Shown here: piece by piece, positions 46,306 to 56,041 of the stretch
Numbering within the stretch: position 1 is the stretch's first letter
How the letters are laid out: each line of letters opens with the position of its first letter
NCBI GenBank assembly: GCA_965199175.1
Contig: OZ240684.1
Span: forward strand, 1,058,337-1,122,336
DNA from: Alphaproteobacteria bacterium
Lineage (GTDB): Bacteria; Pseudomonadota; Alphaproteobacteria; G963923945
Direction: 5' to 3'
Length of the DNA: 64,000 nucleotides
The notes under the pieces: model-generated
What the model was told of the DNA's origin: nothing
Seen by the model: only the letters and a program-made list of their open reading frames with translations
Database searches by the model: none
Program-made: the position numbers and the translations under genes

Positions 46306-46647
46306 ATGTTCCGATTTGATCCCGACTATCAATTTTCCTGGCCGGTTTCTTTCAAAATGCCTCTGAATGGGGGAAAATGGGGCCAGCGCAGTTTTACGGT
46401 CACATATAAATATATGGCCGGGAAATTATTAACAACAGCCCTGAAGGGGGCTGAGAGTGATCCGCAGAAACTGCGCAGCCTTTTGAAAGAGGTCATGGTT
46501 TCAGTCGAAGGCATTGCCGGGACGGATGGAGAGGAACTGGATAGTTCCCCGGACCTTATTGATCAGCTGTTGGATGTGCCGGCGATTTTGAATGCAATTT
46601 TTTATGCCTATATCCAGGCATTGGCCGGGGTTGCGGAAAAAAACTGA
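46306..46647 (+). CDS. Putative phage tail assembly chaperone
   Basis: 113 aa, acidic, with position equivalent to lambda gpG ahead of the tape measure gene. Confidence 0.5.
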   Translation: MFRFDPDYQFSWPVSFKMPLNGGKWGQRSFTVTYKYMAGKLLTTALKGAESDPQKLRSLLKEVMVSVEGIAGTDGEELDSSPDLIDQLLDVPAILNAIFYAYIQALAGVAEKN

Positions 46648-46694
46648 TTGAAGCCGCGCGGGTCTGGGCGCGCGGCAGGAGGGATCATGAATTA

Positions 46695-46919
46695 TTGGCC
46701 ATTCATCCGGAAAACCAAACGGCCGTGCAGGCGTTTTTGGTCGGGTCCAGTCAGTGGCGGTTTGCCAGCGGGATTCCAGTCGGGCTGGATTATGAGGGGC
46801 TGAGGGCCGCATTAACATGGCACCGCCTCCGGCTCAGTCGGGATGACTTTACGAGGGTAAGGGTTTTGGAGGCAGCGGCGTTGGAAGCGATGCAAAAAAA
46901 GATGGCTAAAAAAACATGA
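46695..46919 (+). CDS. Hypothetical small phage protein (possible chaperone frameshift partner, gpT-like)
   Basis: 74-aa ORF with a TTG start, between the TAC and tape measure genes. A short overlapping ATG ORF starts at 46687 in another frame. Confidence 0.3.
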   Translation: MAIHPENQTAVQAFLVGSSQWRFASGIPVGLDYEGLRAALTWHRLRLSRDDFTRVRVLEAAALEAMQKKMAKKT

Positions 46920-49768
46920 CTGATCTGGAAGTCTCTCTGGTTCTTAAGGCCGACAGCCAGGGGCTGGTCGGTCAGGTCAGGCTGTCTAAACAAGAACTGG
47001 ATCGGCTCAGCACCGCTGGCCGGGATGCCGGGAAGGGTCTGGGCCGGTATGGTCGCGAAGCCAAAAAAGCCGGGACTGCAACCAAAAATCTCAATCACCA
47101 AAGCCGGGACCTGCAGAGCCAATTCCGGGGGCTGAAAGCAGCCATTGCCGGGCTGGGGCTGGGGCTGGCGGCCCGTGAAATGTTCCGGGCCGGGGCAGCC
47201 ATGCAGGGGATTGAGTCAGCATTGCTGGCGGTCTTTAAGACCACCCGCCGGGCCAGGTCGGAGTTCCAATTTATTCAGACTGAGGCCGAGCGGCTGGGGC
47301 TGAATCTTGAATCGGCGGCCTCGCAATATTCCAAGCTGGCCGCGGCTGCGGATGGGACAGCTCTGGCCGGAGAGCCGGTGAGAGAAATCTTCATCGCGGT
47401 CAGTGAAGCCGCCCGGGTGTTTAATCTTTCGGTTGCTGATACTTCCGGAGCGTTGCGGGCATTCCAGCAAATCATATCCAAAGGCAATGTGCAGGCCGAA
47501 GAATTGCGCAACCAGCTGGGTGATCGCATTTACGGTGCCTTTAATAAGGCCGCCGCCGCCATCGGGGTCACGGTGGAGCAACTCAATGATCTGTTGCAGG
47601 CCGGGGAAGTCACCGCCGAAAAATTACTGCCACCCCTGGCCAGAGAGTTGCGCAAAGCAGCCGCCCCAGGATTGCCCAAGGCCCTGCAAAACGCAACAAC
47701 AGAAATGGAGCGTCTGGGCAATGCGGCGACCCTTTTGAAGCGAGACTTTAATCAAGGCGGCTTTATGGCCGATCTGGCCGAGGCCACCCGTGATTTAACC
47801 CAGGCCATGCGGTCCCCGGCGTTGCGGCAATTCAGCCATGCCCTGGGTGGGAATGTCGCCGCACTGACGGCGGCGGTTGGTGGATTTGCCGCAGGAAAAC
47901 TCGGTGTCCTGGCCTATGGCGCAGCTGTCAGGTCCGCTGCGGCATCAACCGGGACGCTGACCAAACGGCTGAAAGGATTGTTGAGTCGGTTCAATGTCCT
48001 GGGGCTGGCATTGGCGGCCCTGAGTTTTCTATCATTCAAAGACAGTGATGCTGAACGGGCGATTGAACGGCATTCAGCCAATTTTGAGGATCTGGGAGAA
48101 AAAGCCACCACCGCCGCCAAAGCGGTGGCCAATATTCAATGGGACCTGGATAAGGAGCGTGTGGCGGCTGATATTACATATATTGAAGACGAGATCAGTC
48201 GGTTGCACGGCGCATTGGCGGCAAACATAAGCACTATTTCCGGCGGTGACGCCCTATCGGATGGGGTCGCCGCCGGGTTGGACCTTGTACGAAAAGATAT
48301 GGAAGCGGGTCTGATCACGGCAGATGAGTATTCTCATTCTGTTCAAAAAATACTGGCGCAAAATAATGATCTTTTAGGCAAAGGAACAGAACTGACGGCA
48401 CAGCAGATTGAACATTTTACCCAGCTGAGGGCGGCTGTTGTGGCATTGACGAATGCTCAAATCAGACAGGAAGAACTGGCAAAGCAAAACCCGAATCGAC
48501 CCAAAACTGACATAAAAAATCCTGCGCCCAGGACAGCTCCGGAGCCAGGGGAAAAGGCCACAAAAATCATTGCTGAACTGAAAGCTGAGGCTGAGGCTGT
48601 GCGCATTCTGGCTCTGGCCCGGCTGCAAGGCCAGGAAGCCCTGCAGAAGGCTGAGGCAGCTCTGGCCGCTGAGGCGGTATTTCGTGGTGAAGCCAAAGAT
48701 GCAACCGCAGCTCAGAGAGCCGAGATTGAAAAACTCATTACAACAATTACCCAGGCCGAAGCCGCTGAGGAATCCCGGCAGAAAACCCTGGCCGAACATG
48801 AGGCGGCGGTCAAAAATATAAAAACCCAGCTGGTGGCGACTCTCCCGGCCTATGAACGGGCACGGGCAGCGGCCAATCAATGGCATCGCGATGTTGTCGC
48901 CGGTCTGGACCCTGCGGTGAAAGGATACCAACAACTCAAGGCCCAGGCCGATGAGGTCCATCGTCGAATGCTGGCAAATGCCGATGAAGGCATAGAAAAA
49001 AATCTGTCCTTCAGCGAGGCGGCAGCCCGTGGGTTCACCCAATTTGCTGAGGCCGCCCAAAATGCCGCCGGGACGGCTGAGCGGGTCGTCACCGGGGCTT
49101 TCTCAGGCATGGAGAGTGCCCTGGCTCAATTTTTGGTCACCGGTAAGATCACATTCACATCTTTTGTCAATTCAATTCTGGTCGATATCGCACGGCTTCA
49201 GATCCGCCAAAGCATCACCGGTCCTTTGGCGTCAGTTTTGGGTGGGGCTTTGGGGGGTGTTTTTGGCGGCAGCCCGGCAGCAGCCTCTGCCGGGGGTGGT
49301 CTCTCTCTTGGCGGGGGTTTTGATGCGGCCTTTGATTTGTTCCATTCTGGTGGAATTGTCGGGCAGATGGCGGCCAGACGCCAGGCCGCCATCACGGCTT
49401 TTCAGGATGCTCCCCGATTGCATAGCGGGGGCCGGATCGCCGGGTTGCGCAGCGGGGAGGTCCCCATCATCGCCCAGACCGGTGAGGCGGTTTTTACGCC
49501 CCAACAAATGAATAATGCTGATGCGTTGTTGCGGGCTGCGCTGGCCCGGCCAACAGGCGGGGTCACTGTTGCGGTCAATATCCAGCAACCAGCCGGATTG
49601 CCACCAGCCCGGGTTGAACACCGGGATGATGGACAAGGCGGTCTTGAGATTGATGTTGTGATCGAAGAGATCACGGACCGGTTAAATGACGATATTGAGC
49701 GGGGTGGTGGTTTGTATCCTGTGCTGGCGAAACGCTTCACGGCCAAACCCGGTGGGGGCGGATCATGA
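46916..49768 (+). CDS. Phage tail tape measure protein
   Basis: 950 aa, Ala/Gln/Glu-rich helical, with Gly-rich segments and a C-terminal region typical of TMPs. Confidence 0.85.
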   Translation: MTDLEVSLVLKADSQGLVGQVRLSKQELDRLSTAGRDAGKGLGRYGREAKKAGTATKNLNHQSRDLQSQFRGLKAAIAGLGLGLAAREMFRAGAAMQGIESALLAVFKTTRRARSEFQFIQTEAERLGLNLESAASQYSKLAAAADGTALAGEPVREIFIAVSEAARVFNLSVADTSGALRAFQQIISKGNVQAEELRNQLGDRIYGAFNKAAAAIGVTVEQLNDLLQAGEVTAEKLLPPLARELRKAAAPGLPKALQNATTEMERLGNAATLLKRDFNQGGFMADLAEATRDLTQAMRSPALRQFSHALGGNVAALTAAVGGFAAGKLGVLAYGAAVRSAAASTGTLTKRLKGLLSRFNVLGLALAALSFLSFKDSDAERAIERHSANFEDLGEKATTAAKAVANIQWDLDKERVAADITYIEDEISRLHGALAANISTISGGDALSDGVAAGLDLVRKDMEAGLITADEYSHSVQKILAQNNDLLGKGTELTAQQIEHFTQLRAAVVALTNAQIRQEELAKQNPNRPKTDIKNPAPRTAPEPGEKATKIIAELKAEAEAVRILALARLQGQEALQKAEAALAAEAVFRGEAKDATAAQRAEIEKLITTITQAEAAEESRQKTLAEHEAAVKNIKTQLVATLPAYERARAAANQWHRDVVAGLDPAVKGYQQLKAQADEVHRRMLANADEGIEKNLSFSEAAARGFTQFAEAAQNAAGTAERVVTGAFSGMESALAQFLVTGKITFTSFVNSILVDIARLQIRQSITGPLASVLGGALGGVFGGSPAAASAGGGLSLGGGFDAAFDLFHSGGIVGQMAARRQAAITAFQDAPRLHSGGRIAGLRSGEVPIIAQTGEAVFTPQQMNNADALLRAALARPTGGVTVAVNIQQPAGLPPARVEHRDDGQGGLEIDVVIEEITDRLNDDIERGGGLYPVLAKRFTAKPGGGGS

Positions 49769-50301
49769 CGCAAGAACCCCTCATTCCCGCGGGAACACCC
49801 CCGGCAGGAAGCCAACTCTTTCAAAAATGGCCGGAGATACTCCCGCTGCCCGAGCGGGATGGCTATCAGCTGAAATTGAATGACGGCGTCATGCGCACAA
49901 GTATGGAAGGCGGGCCACCACGCGCCAGACGGGTCACCACCGATGTTGAATCGTTGTATCAGGCCCGGTTCGTTTTTGACGAAGATCAGTTCCTGACCTT
50001 CCAGGCCTGGTTCCAGGAAATTGGAGCCGGCGGTGCGGCGGCGTTTTTAATCCCGCTGCGCAACGGGCTGGGGCTGGTTGAACAACAGGCCCGGTTTGCC
50101 GGGCCGTATGAAGCCCGGCTGGATGGGCATCTCTGGCGGGTTACAGTCTCACTGGTGGTGCGTGGAGCACCCATGCTGTCAGGTGAAATGCTTGAACTGG
50201 TTCTGGCCGAACCGATCAATGGCCTGATCAATGCCATTGATCAATTCAGCATCCTGGTTCACGCCACCCTGCCCGATCATTCAATTTTTGGCTTAAATTA
50301 G
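49765..50301 (+). CDS. Phage minor tail protein (lambda gpM / GTA g12-like position)
   Basis: 178 aa, translationally coupled to the TMP gene. Confidence 0.5.
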   Translation: MTQEPLIPAGTPPAGSQLFQKWPEILPLPERDGYQLKLNDGVMRTSMEGGPPRARRVTTDVESLYQARFVFDEDQFLTFQAWFQEIGAGGAAAFLIPLRNGLGLVEQQARFAGPYEARLDGHLWRVTVSLVVRGAPMLSGEMLELVLAEPINGLINAIDQFSILVHATLPDHSIFGLN

Positions 50302-50313
50302 AGAGATAACATT

Positions 50314-51690
50314 ATGACCACGACTTTGCGTGAAAGAATCACCGCCGCCGTTACCGCGATTGAAACGGCAGGCCGTAAATTGCATCAGATTGTTCATGGC
50401 GGGGCTGAGATGACTGTCTCAACCGATGGTGGCCCGGTTAAATCACTGGCTAAAGTGGTTGCCGATCTGGAGCAACAAGGCGGGGAGATCCCGGCCCAGG
50501 TTGCCCATGCCCAAAGATACCGGACTGAGGCACGGGAAGCCCGGGATGAAACCCGGGATGCTCTGCAAACCGCGCGTATCACCAAAGCCAGCCCGACCGA
50601 AGCCCGTGCGGGCACCAACAACACCAAACTGATGACGCCGTTGCGGGTTAAGGAAGCCACAGATACTCGCCGGGCCACCGGAGCCGAGGCCCGTACCGGA
50701 ACCAATAATACTAAGCTGATGACGCCGTTGCGGGTTAAACAAGCCACAGAGCATTTCAATGCTCCCCGTTTTTCTCAGACCTCGCCCTATATCCAAACCA
50801 TCAAGACACCCGGTGATACCCGGCATTACTACCCGGTCCAGCTGGGGGGTGGGTCATTTCTGGGCGATGTGCTGATCCAAAGACATCAACATATGGATGC
50901 TGTGTATAGTGGGGGGCTTTTATTTGATGTGCGATGCTATCCAGATGGACGGGGGTATTGGCCGAAACGATATGATGTTCGGGCTTATCAGGAAGTGGTT
51001 TACCGAAACACAGGAAGCCACACACCACAATTTATTGCCAAGCTGCAAGTGGATGCCGGGGCACGGCAAGGAAAAACAGTTATCTGGCTGAGGGGTGCGA
51101 CCACCTATCGGGTGTGGTTGTCGGATGGGGTGGCGGCACTCTCCAATGCTCAGGGACGCATTGGGACTCAAACGTTTGGGGTGTTGGATAAAAACTATGC
51201 TCCCCTGTTGCCTAAATACACAGATAGGGGGGGATTGCCGGTTGGCACTATAATTGCCTTTTCAGGTCCACAAACTGTCCCCGGTTGGCTCCGTTGCAAT
51301 GGGGCGCGGGTTCTAAAGAGCCATTACAACGACCTCTATAATATCATCGGTCACAATTACGCATTGACCACAGACACCACCGCTAACAAAGCCAACCATT
51401 TCCGCGTACCTGATACACGCGATTTATTCATTCGCGGAGCGACACAAAGCAACCCGGTCTCGTCAATCAGAGAACAAGGTGCTTTGAGTGTTCCCCCAAC
51501 TGGGTGGGGAGTATTCGGGCATCATCCTGCACCTACCAGGCCGGCCACCAGAGGGCGACTCCTTGTTGGCAGTGGGATTGGGGAACACAGAGAAGTTTTG
51601 GAGAGCGTTTTTCAAGCCGGACAAAATGTAAATGTGACGGGCAATGTTGTCCCCCGACATCTTAATCTTATCCATTGGATCAAATTTTAA
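50314..51690 (+). CDS. Phage tail fibre protein with tail-collar domain
   Basis: GTIIAFSGPQTVPGWLRCNGARVLKSHYNDLYNIIGHNYALT...FRVPDTRDLFIRGA matches the collar motif. Tandem 20-aa repeat (TNNTKLMTPLRVK[EQ]AT) in the N-terminal shaft. Confidence 0.75.
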   Translation: MTTTLRERITAAVTAIETAGRKLHQIVHGGAEMTVSTDGGPVKSLAKVVADLEQQGGEIPAQVAHAQRYRTEAREARDETRDALQTARITKASPTEARAGTNNTKLMTPLRVKEATDTRRATGAEARTGTNNTKLMTPLRVKQATEHFNAPRFSQTSPYIQTIKTPGDTRHYYPVQLGGGSFLGDVLIQRHQHMDAVYSGGLLFDVRCYPDGRGYWPKRYDVRAYQEVVYRNTGSHTPQFIAKLQVDAGARQGKTVIWLRGATTYRVWLSDGVAALSNAQGRIGTQTFGVLDKNYAPLLPKYTDRGGLPVGTIIAFSGPQTVPGWLRCNGARVLKSHYNDLYNIIGHNYALTTDTTANKANHFRVPDTRDLFIRGATQSNPVSSIREQGALSVPPTGWGVFGHHPAPTRPATRGRLLVGSGIGEHREVLESVFQAGQNVNVTGNVVPRHLNLIHWIKF

Positions 51691-51705
51691 CCTGAGGTGT
51701 CTTTT

Positions 51706-52227
51706 ATGAAAATCTATCACTACAACCCTGAAACGGGTCTTTTACTCGGTGAGGACAAAGCAACCCAATCACCCATTCTGGTTGATGACGAAGGCCGGGA
51801 ACTGCAAGAACCAGATGCAGAAAATCCTGACCATTGGCTGATCCCGGCTTATGCGACTGAGACAGCCCCGCCTAAGGCTGGCAAAAATCAGCAAGCTGTT
51901 TGGGGCGGGGACTCATGGTCATTGCAGGCCATACCCACGCCACCGCCAGAGCCACCGCCACCATCTCTGAGTGAGCGCAAGGCCACAATGGTGATCCGCA
52001 TCAAGACGGAAGCTCGTTACCGGATTGAGGCCGTCATGCCAACCTGGAAGGTGGTGCGTTCTCTGACCGGTGGCCCGGCAGTTGGGACTGATACCCAGGC
52101 TGAGGCGCAAAGATTACGGGCTGTTTCAAACACCCTGGAAACCCAGATCAACGCCATGAATGCTGAGGCACTGGACGCCTTTGATCCCGGCGATGATACG
52201 CATTGGGTAGAAAGTCCGGACTCATGA
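51706..52227 (+). CDS. Tail fibre assembly protein (Tfa family)
   Basis: N-terminus MKIYHYNPETGLLLGE and the PDHWLIP motif are typical of Caudovirales tail-fibre assembly chaperones. Confidence 0.65.
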   Translation: MKIYHYNPETGLLLGEDKATQSPILVDDEGRELQEPDAENPDHWLIPAYATETAPPKAGKNQQAVWGGDSWSLQAIPTPPPEPPPPSLSERKATMVIRIKTEARYRIEAVMPTWKVVRSLTGGPAVGTDTQAEAQRLRAVSNTLETQINAMNAEALDAFDPGDDTHWVESPDS

Positions 52228-52775
52228 AACCGCCCGCCTGGTCACAAAAAGCACAAGAAACGCTGGCCCAGTCCCCGGCTGATGAAGTCGTTCTGGAAAC
52301 CTTCGAATTCCGGCATCCTCTGTTTATCACAGAAGATAACCAACCGGCCCCAATCCGGGTGGTCAGGGATATCCGGCCCGGCGATGTTCTGCGGGCCAAA
52401 CTGGAAAGAAATGCCCCGGTCAATGGCGGGCAATGGGTTGATTTTATTTGCGTGGCCTTTGAGGCCACCTTACCAAAAATAAGCGAAGAAGCCGCCGCCG
52501 ATTTTATTCTGACCATTGACAACACTGATCCGGTGATTGCCCAGTCACTCCGCCAGGCTGCAACCGGCAGCGACCCGGTATTGATGATCTTCAGGCCCTA
52601 TCTGGCCAGTGATCTCACAACACCACAATGGCTGCCGCCGCCGGAATTTACACTCAGCCAGGCCCGTATCGGTGGTGGGCAGATCCAGGCCCGGGCCAGG
52701 GCATTTAATCTGGCCGATCGTTCGGTCCCGTCCCGGCTCTATCAATCCGGCGATTTTCCCGGCCTGGTCCGATGA
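52224..52775 (+). CDS. Phage minor tail protein (lambda gpL / GTA g13-like position)
   Basis: 183 aa. The ATG overlaps the upstream stop (ATGA). It precedes the NlpC/P60 gene as in lambda M-L-K-J. Confidence 0.5.
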   Translation: MKPPAWSQKAQETLAQSPADEVVLETFEFRHPLFITEDNQPAPIRVVRDIRPGDVLRAKLERNAPVNGGQWVDFICVAFEATLPKISEEAAADFILTIDNTDPVIAQSLRQAATGSDPVLMIFRPYLASDLTTPQWLPPPEFTLSQARIGGGQIQARARAFNLADRSVPSRLYQSGDFPGLVR

Positions 52776-53161
52776 GTTGGCCGACAAAATATATCGGGCT
52801 GGCCTATGATCAGAGCGAAAAAAACGGGCACACCTGCTGGTCGCTGGTCCGGGCCATCCAGCTGCAAGAGTTTGGTCGTAAGGTCCCCGATATTCCCTAT
52901 CACCACAACATCCGGACTCGTTTGATTTTTTTTCGGGATCATCCCGAACGGCAAAGATGGCAAGCGGCAAAAACACCGCGGGAAGGCGACTGTGTGTTGT
53001 TGGCTCAGGCCCGGTTCCCCAGCCATTGCGGGGTCTGGAGCCAGGCTGATGGCGGAGGCGTGGTTCATGCGGTCGAAGGGGTCGGGGTGGTCTGGCAGAA
53101 CAGAGCGGCATTGAGGGCCCATGGCTGGCGACTGGAAGGATTTTATCGATATGCCCCATAA
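52772..53161 (+). CDS. Phage tail NlpC/P60-family peptidase (lambda gpK / GTA g14-like)
   Basis: Cys motif GHTCWSLV and His motif HCGVW; 129 aa. Confidence 0.7.
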   Translation: MSWPTKYIGLAYDQSEKNGHTCWSLVRAIQLQEFGRKVPDIPYHHNIRTRLIFFRDHPERQRWQAAKTPREGDCVLLAQARFPSHCGVWSQADGGGVVHAVEGVGVVWQNRAALRAHGWRLEGFYRYAP

Positions 53162-55478
53162 TCTGATGATCGCCGCCAATCCGTTCCGGCCCCGGATGAT
53201 ATCTGTGCAAGCCGGGGAGAGTCTGACCGCTCTGGCCGACCAGTTGGATCTCTCGGGGTTAAGGTGTCAGATCAATGCTGAGGATATTCCGCCCATAGCC
53301 TGGGCAACCCGGCGGCTTGAGGCCGGAGAACACTGTGTTTTTTATGCCCATCTGCAAGGTGGGGGTGGCGGGTCTAATCCTCTGCGAGCCATTTTAATGA
53401 TTGCGGTGGCTGTTGCCGCCGGGCCACTGGCCGGGGCCATCGCCCCAGGGCTGGCAGCAGGCAGCCTTGGTTTCAGCGCGCTTCAGATTGGAATCACCGT
53501 TGCCGGCGCAGCCCTGGTTTCGGCTATTCTGCCGCCGCCAGATTTTTCAGCAGCATCCCCCAATTTTGGGGCCAATGGGCTGGCGGCACCATCCCCAACC
53601 TATTCGCTGCAGGCCCAGGGGAACCAGGCCCGGCTGGGGCAGCCCATCCCGGTCATCTATGGCCGCCACATCGTCTATCCGGATTTTGCCGCAACACCCT
53701 GGACGGTGTTTGATGAACAGGATGAGCAATATCTCCATCAGCTTCTGGTGATTGGGCAGGGGGACTATGACATTGAGGCCATGCGGATTGAGGACAGCCC
53801 GCTGAGTTCTTTTGACGGGGTGGAGACAGAGATTATTCCCCCAGATGGCCGGGTGACTCTGTTTGACCCCCATATTATCCAGGCCAGTGAAGTGGTGGGT
53901 CAGGAAGCACTGAGCAGCAGTGATGACGGGGGGTGGCTGGGGCCGTTTGCCGCCAACCCAGCCGGGACCCAGGCCACCAAAATCGGCATTGATATTGTCG
54001 CACCGCGCGGGCTGTTTTTCGCAAATAATCAAGGGAATCTAGAAAACAAATCATTATCATTTGAGGCCGCAGCCAGAACCATTGATGCCGATGGAAAAGC
54101 CACCGGAAATTGGCGGCGTTTGGGCCGACATAACCTGAGTGCTGCTAAAAACAAACCAGTACGGAGATCTTACAGCTATAGCGTGGCCCAAAACAGGTAT
54201 GAGGTGCGGTTTCGAAGACTGGATACCCGCGATACACGGGCACGGGTCGGGCATGATCTGCGCTGGGCCGGGCTGAAAGCCACCCTGACCGACCAGTCCA
54301 ATTTTGGTGGTGTGACCTTACTCGCAGTAAAAATGCGGGCAACCGATCAGCTTTCCAATCGGTCGGCCAGACTGATCAATGTCATTGCTCAGCGTCGCAT
54401 TCCAAAATGGACGAAAAAGGGGGGCTGGAGCACATCCAAAGCCACGGCTTCTCCGGCCTGGGCATTGGCTGATCTGGCGAGAAACAGCATCTATGGCGCG
54501 GGCCTGCCCGAACGCCGGCTGGATTTAGAAGGACTGGCGGCCTGGGCAGCAACCTGTGCCAGCACCGGGGATGAGTTCAACGGGGTCTTTGATACCTCGC
54601 TCAGTTTCCATCAGGCAGCGCAAAGGATTGCTCGATGTGGCCTGGCTGCGCCCATCCAGCAGAACGGGACACTCTCAATTATCCGTGATGAAACCAGGAC
54701 CATCCCCACCGCCATGTTTACACCGCGCAATATTGTGAAAGGCTCCTGCTCAATCCGGTTCAACCTGCCCACAGAACACAGCCCAGATGGTGTTGAGGCC
54801 GAATATTTTGACCGCAAAAATTGGGCACGCAAAACCATCACAGTCGGTCTGGGTGAAGCCAGCCCAAAACAGCCAGCTAAAATCCAACTATTCGGCGTTA
54901 CGGATAAAAAACAGGCCCAGAGGCTGGCATTCCACAGTGCAGCTGAAACCCGATACCGCCGCATAACTGTTGTGTTCCGGACCGAAATGGAAGGACTGAT
55001 CCCTCATTTTGGTGACCTGATTGCCCTCAGCCATCCGGTGCTGGTGGCCAGTCAGGGCGGAGAGATTGTGCGTTGGGATTCTAAAACGCAAATTGCAACC
55101 GTGAGCGAAGCCTTGCCCCTTGAATGGGATGCCGAAGATGAGACCTGGCTGATTGCCTTAAGAAAGCCCAACGGTGCCCCCAGCGGCGATCATCCGGTCC
55201 GCCGGGTTGGGGAAGATCAGCTCCGGATCATCGGTAAAATTGATTTTCCAATCTATACCGGCGGACAACGCGAACGGACACACTACTCGATTGGGCCGGG
55301 GCAGGCATTTGACCTGAAAGCCCGGGTCATCAAGATCATGCCCCGGGCCAACCTGCAGGTTGAAATAACCGCGGTTAATGATGATGACCGGGTCTTTGAT
55401 GTCCCCGATGACTATCTCAATACCCCGCCCGCAAAAAAAGGCGGGGGCCGGGGCGTGACAGCGTCCCGAACCGAGTGA
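53151..55478 (+). CDS. Phage host-specificity / central tail fibre protein (lambda gpJ / GTA g15-like)
   Basis: 776 aa, follows the M-L-K-like genes. N-terminal hydrophobic Gly/Ala-rich segment. Confidence 0.65.
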   Translation: MPHNLMIAANPFRPRMISVQAGESLTALADQLDLSGLRCQINAEDIPPIAWATRRLEAGEHCVFYAHLQGGGGGSNPLRAILMIAVAVAAGPLAGAIAPGLAAGSLGFSALQIGITVAGAALVSAILPPPDFSAASPNFGANGLAAPSPTYSLQAQGNQARLGQPIPVIYGRHIVYPDFAATPWTVFDEQDEQYLHQLLVIGQGDYDIEAMRIEDSPLSSFDGVETEIIPPDGRVTLFDPHIIQASEVVGQEALSSSDDGGWLGPFAANPAGTQATKIGIDIVAPRGLFFANNQGNLENKSLSFEAAARTIDADGKATGNWRRLGRHNLSAAKNKPVRRSYSYSVAQNRYEVRFRRLDTRDTRARVGHDLRWAGLKATLTDQSNFGGVTLLAVKMRATDQLSNRSARLINVIAQRRIPKWTKKGGWSTSKATASPAWALADLARNSIYGAGLPERRLDLEGLAAWAATCASTGDEFNGVFDTSLSFHQAAQRIARCGLAAPIQQNGTLSIIRDETRTIPTAMFTPRNIVKGSCSIRFNLPTEHSPDGVEAEYFDRKNWARKTITVGLGEASPKQPAKIQLFGVTDKKQAQRLAFHSAAETRYRRITVVFRTEMEGLIPHFGDLIALSHPVLVASQGGEIVRWDSKTQIATVSEALPLEWDAEDETWLIALRKPNGAPSGDHPVRRVGEDQLRIIGKIDFPIYTGGQRERTHYSIGPGQAFDLKARVIKIMPRANLQVEITAVNDDDRVFDVPDDYLNTPPAKKGGGRGVTASRTE

Positions 55479-55566
55479 AAGGAGCACTCCTGACCAACAC
55501 CGGCCGCATGTCGGCCAACCCGCCACCGCGATACACGGCGGGGCATATTTTAGAGTGAGTTTATTC

Positions 55567-55782
55567 ATGGAGTCTAGTTTTGCCGACCAAAATCAATGCA
55601 CACCCATCAAGCCCGTGGCCGCCTATGTCGGCGGCAAACGCCTACTAGCCAAACGGATTATCGAGACAATCGGGACGGTCCCTCATGTCTGCTATGTTGA
55701 GCCTTTTGTTGGCATGGGTGGGGTCTTCTTTCGCCGTCCGGCCCGGCATTCTTTCTTGGCATGTTTGGGGAAAGTGTTCTGA
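55567..55782 (+). pseudogene. Truncated N6-adenine DNA methyltransferase (Dam/D12-class) N-terminal fragment
   Basis: AAYVGGKRLLAKRI and YVEPFVGMGGVFF correspond to Dam motifs. The ORF stops after ~72 aa and the downstream 250 bp are non-coding. Confidence 0.55.
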
Positions 55783-56041
55783 AATTAAACGGACTTGAGC
55801 ATTTTTTTCAGAAGTATCAGTTCACCGGGCCGATCCATGTCTTAGATCAGATACGCCAAGCCGCTGAGCGGGTGATGATGAAGCCGCTCACAAACATCTA
55901 GCCGCGACAAACTTATCCACAAAAAAGCGATGCAAAAGTAACCCGCCATTTACGCAAAAATAACCCGCCAGCTACAGTCTAAAACAACATCAATCACAAA
56001 GCATTGATACAGTTTCTGCCATGCCCCCATCCGGCCCGGCA

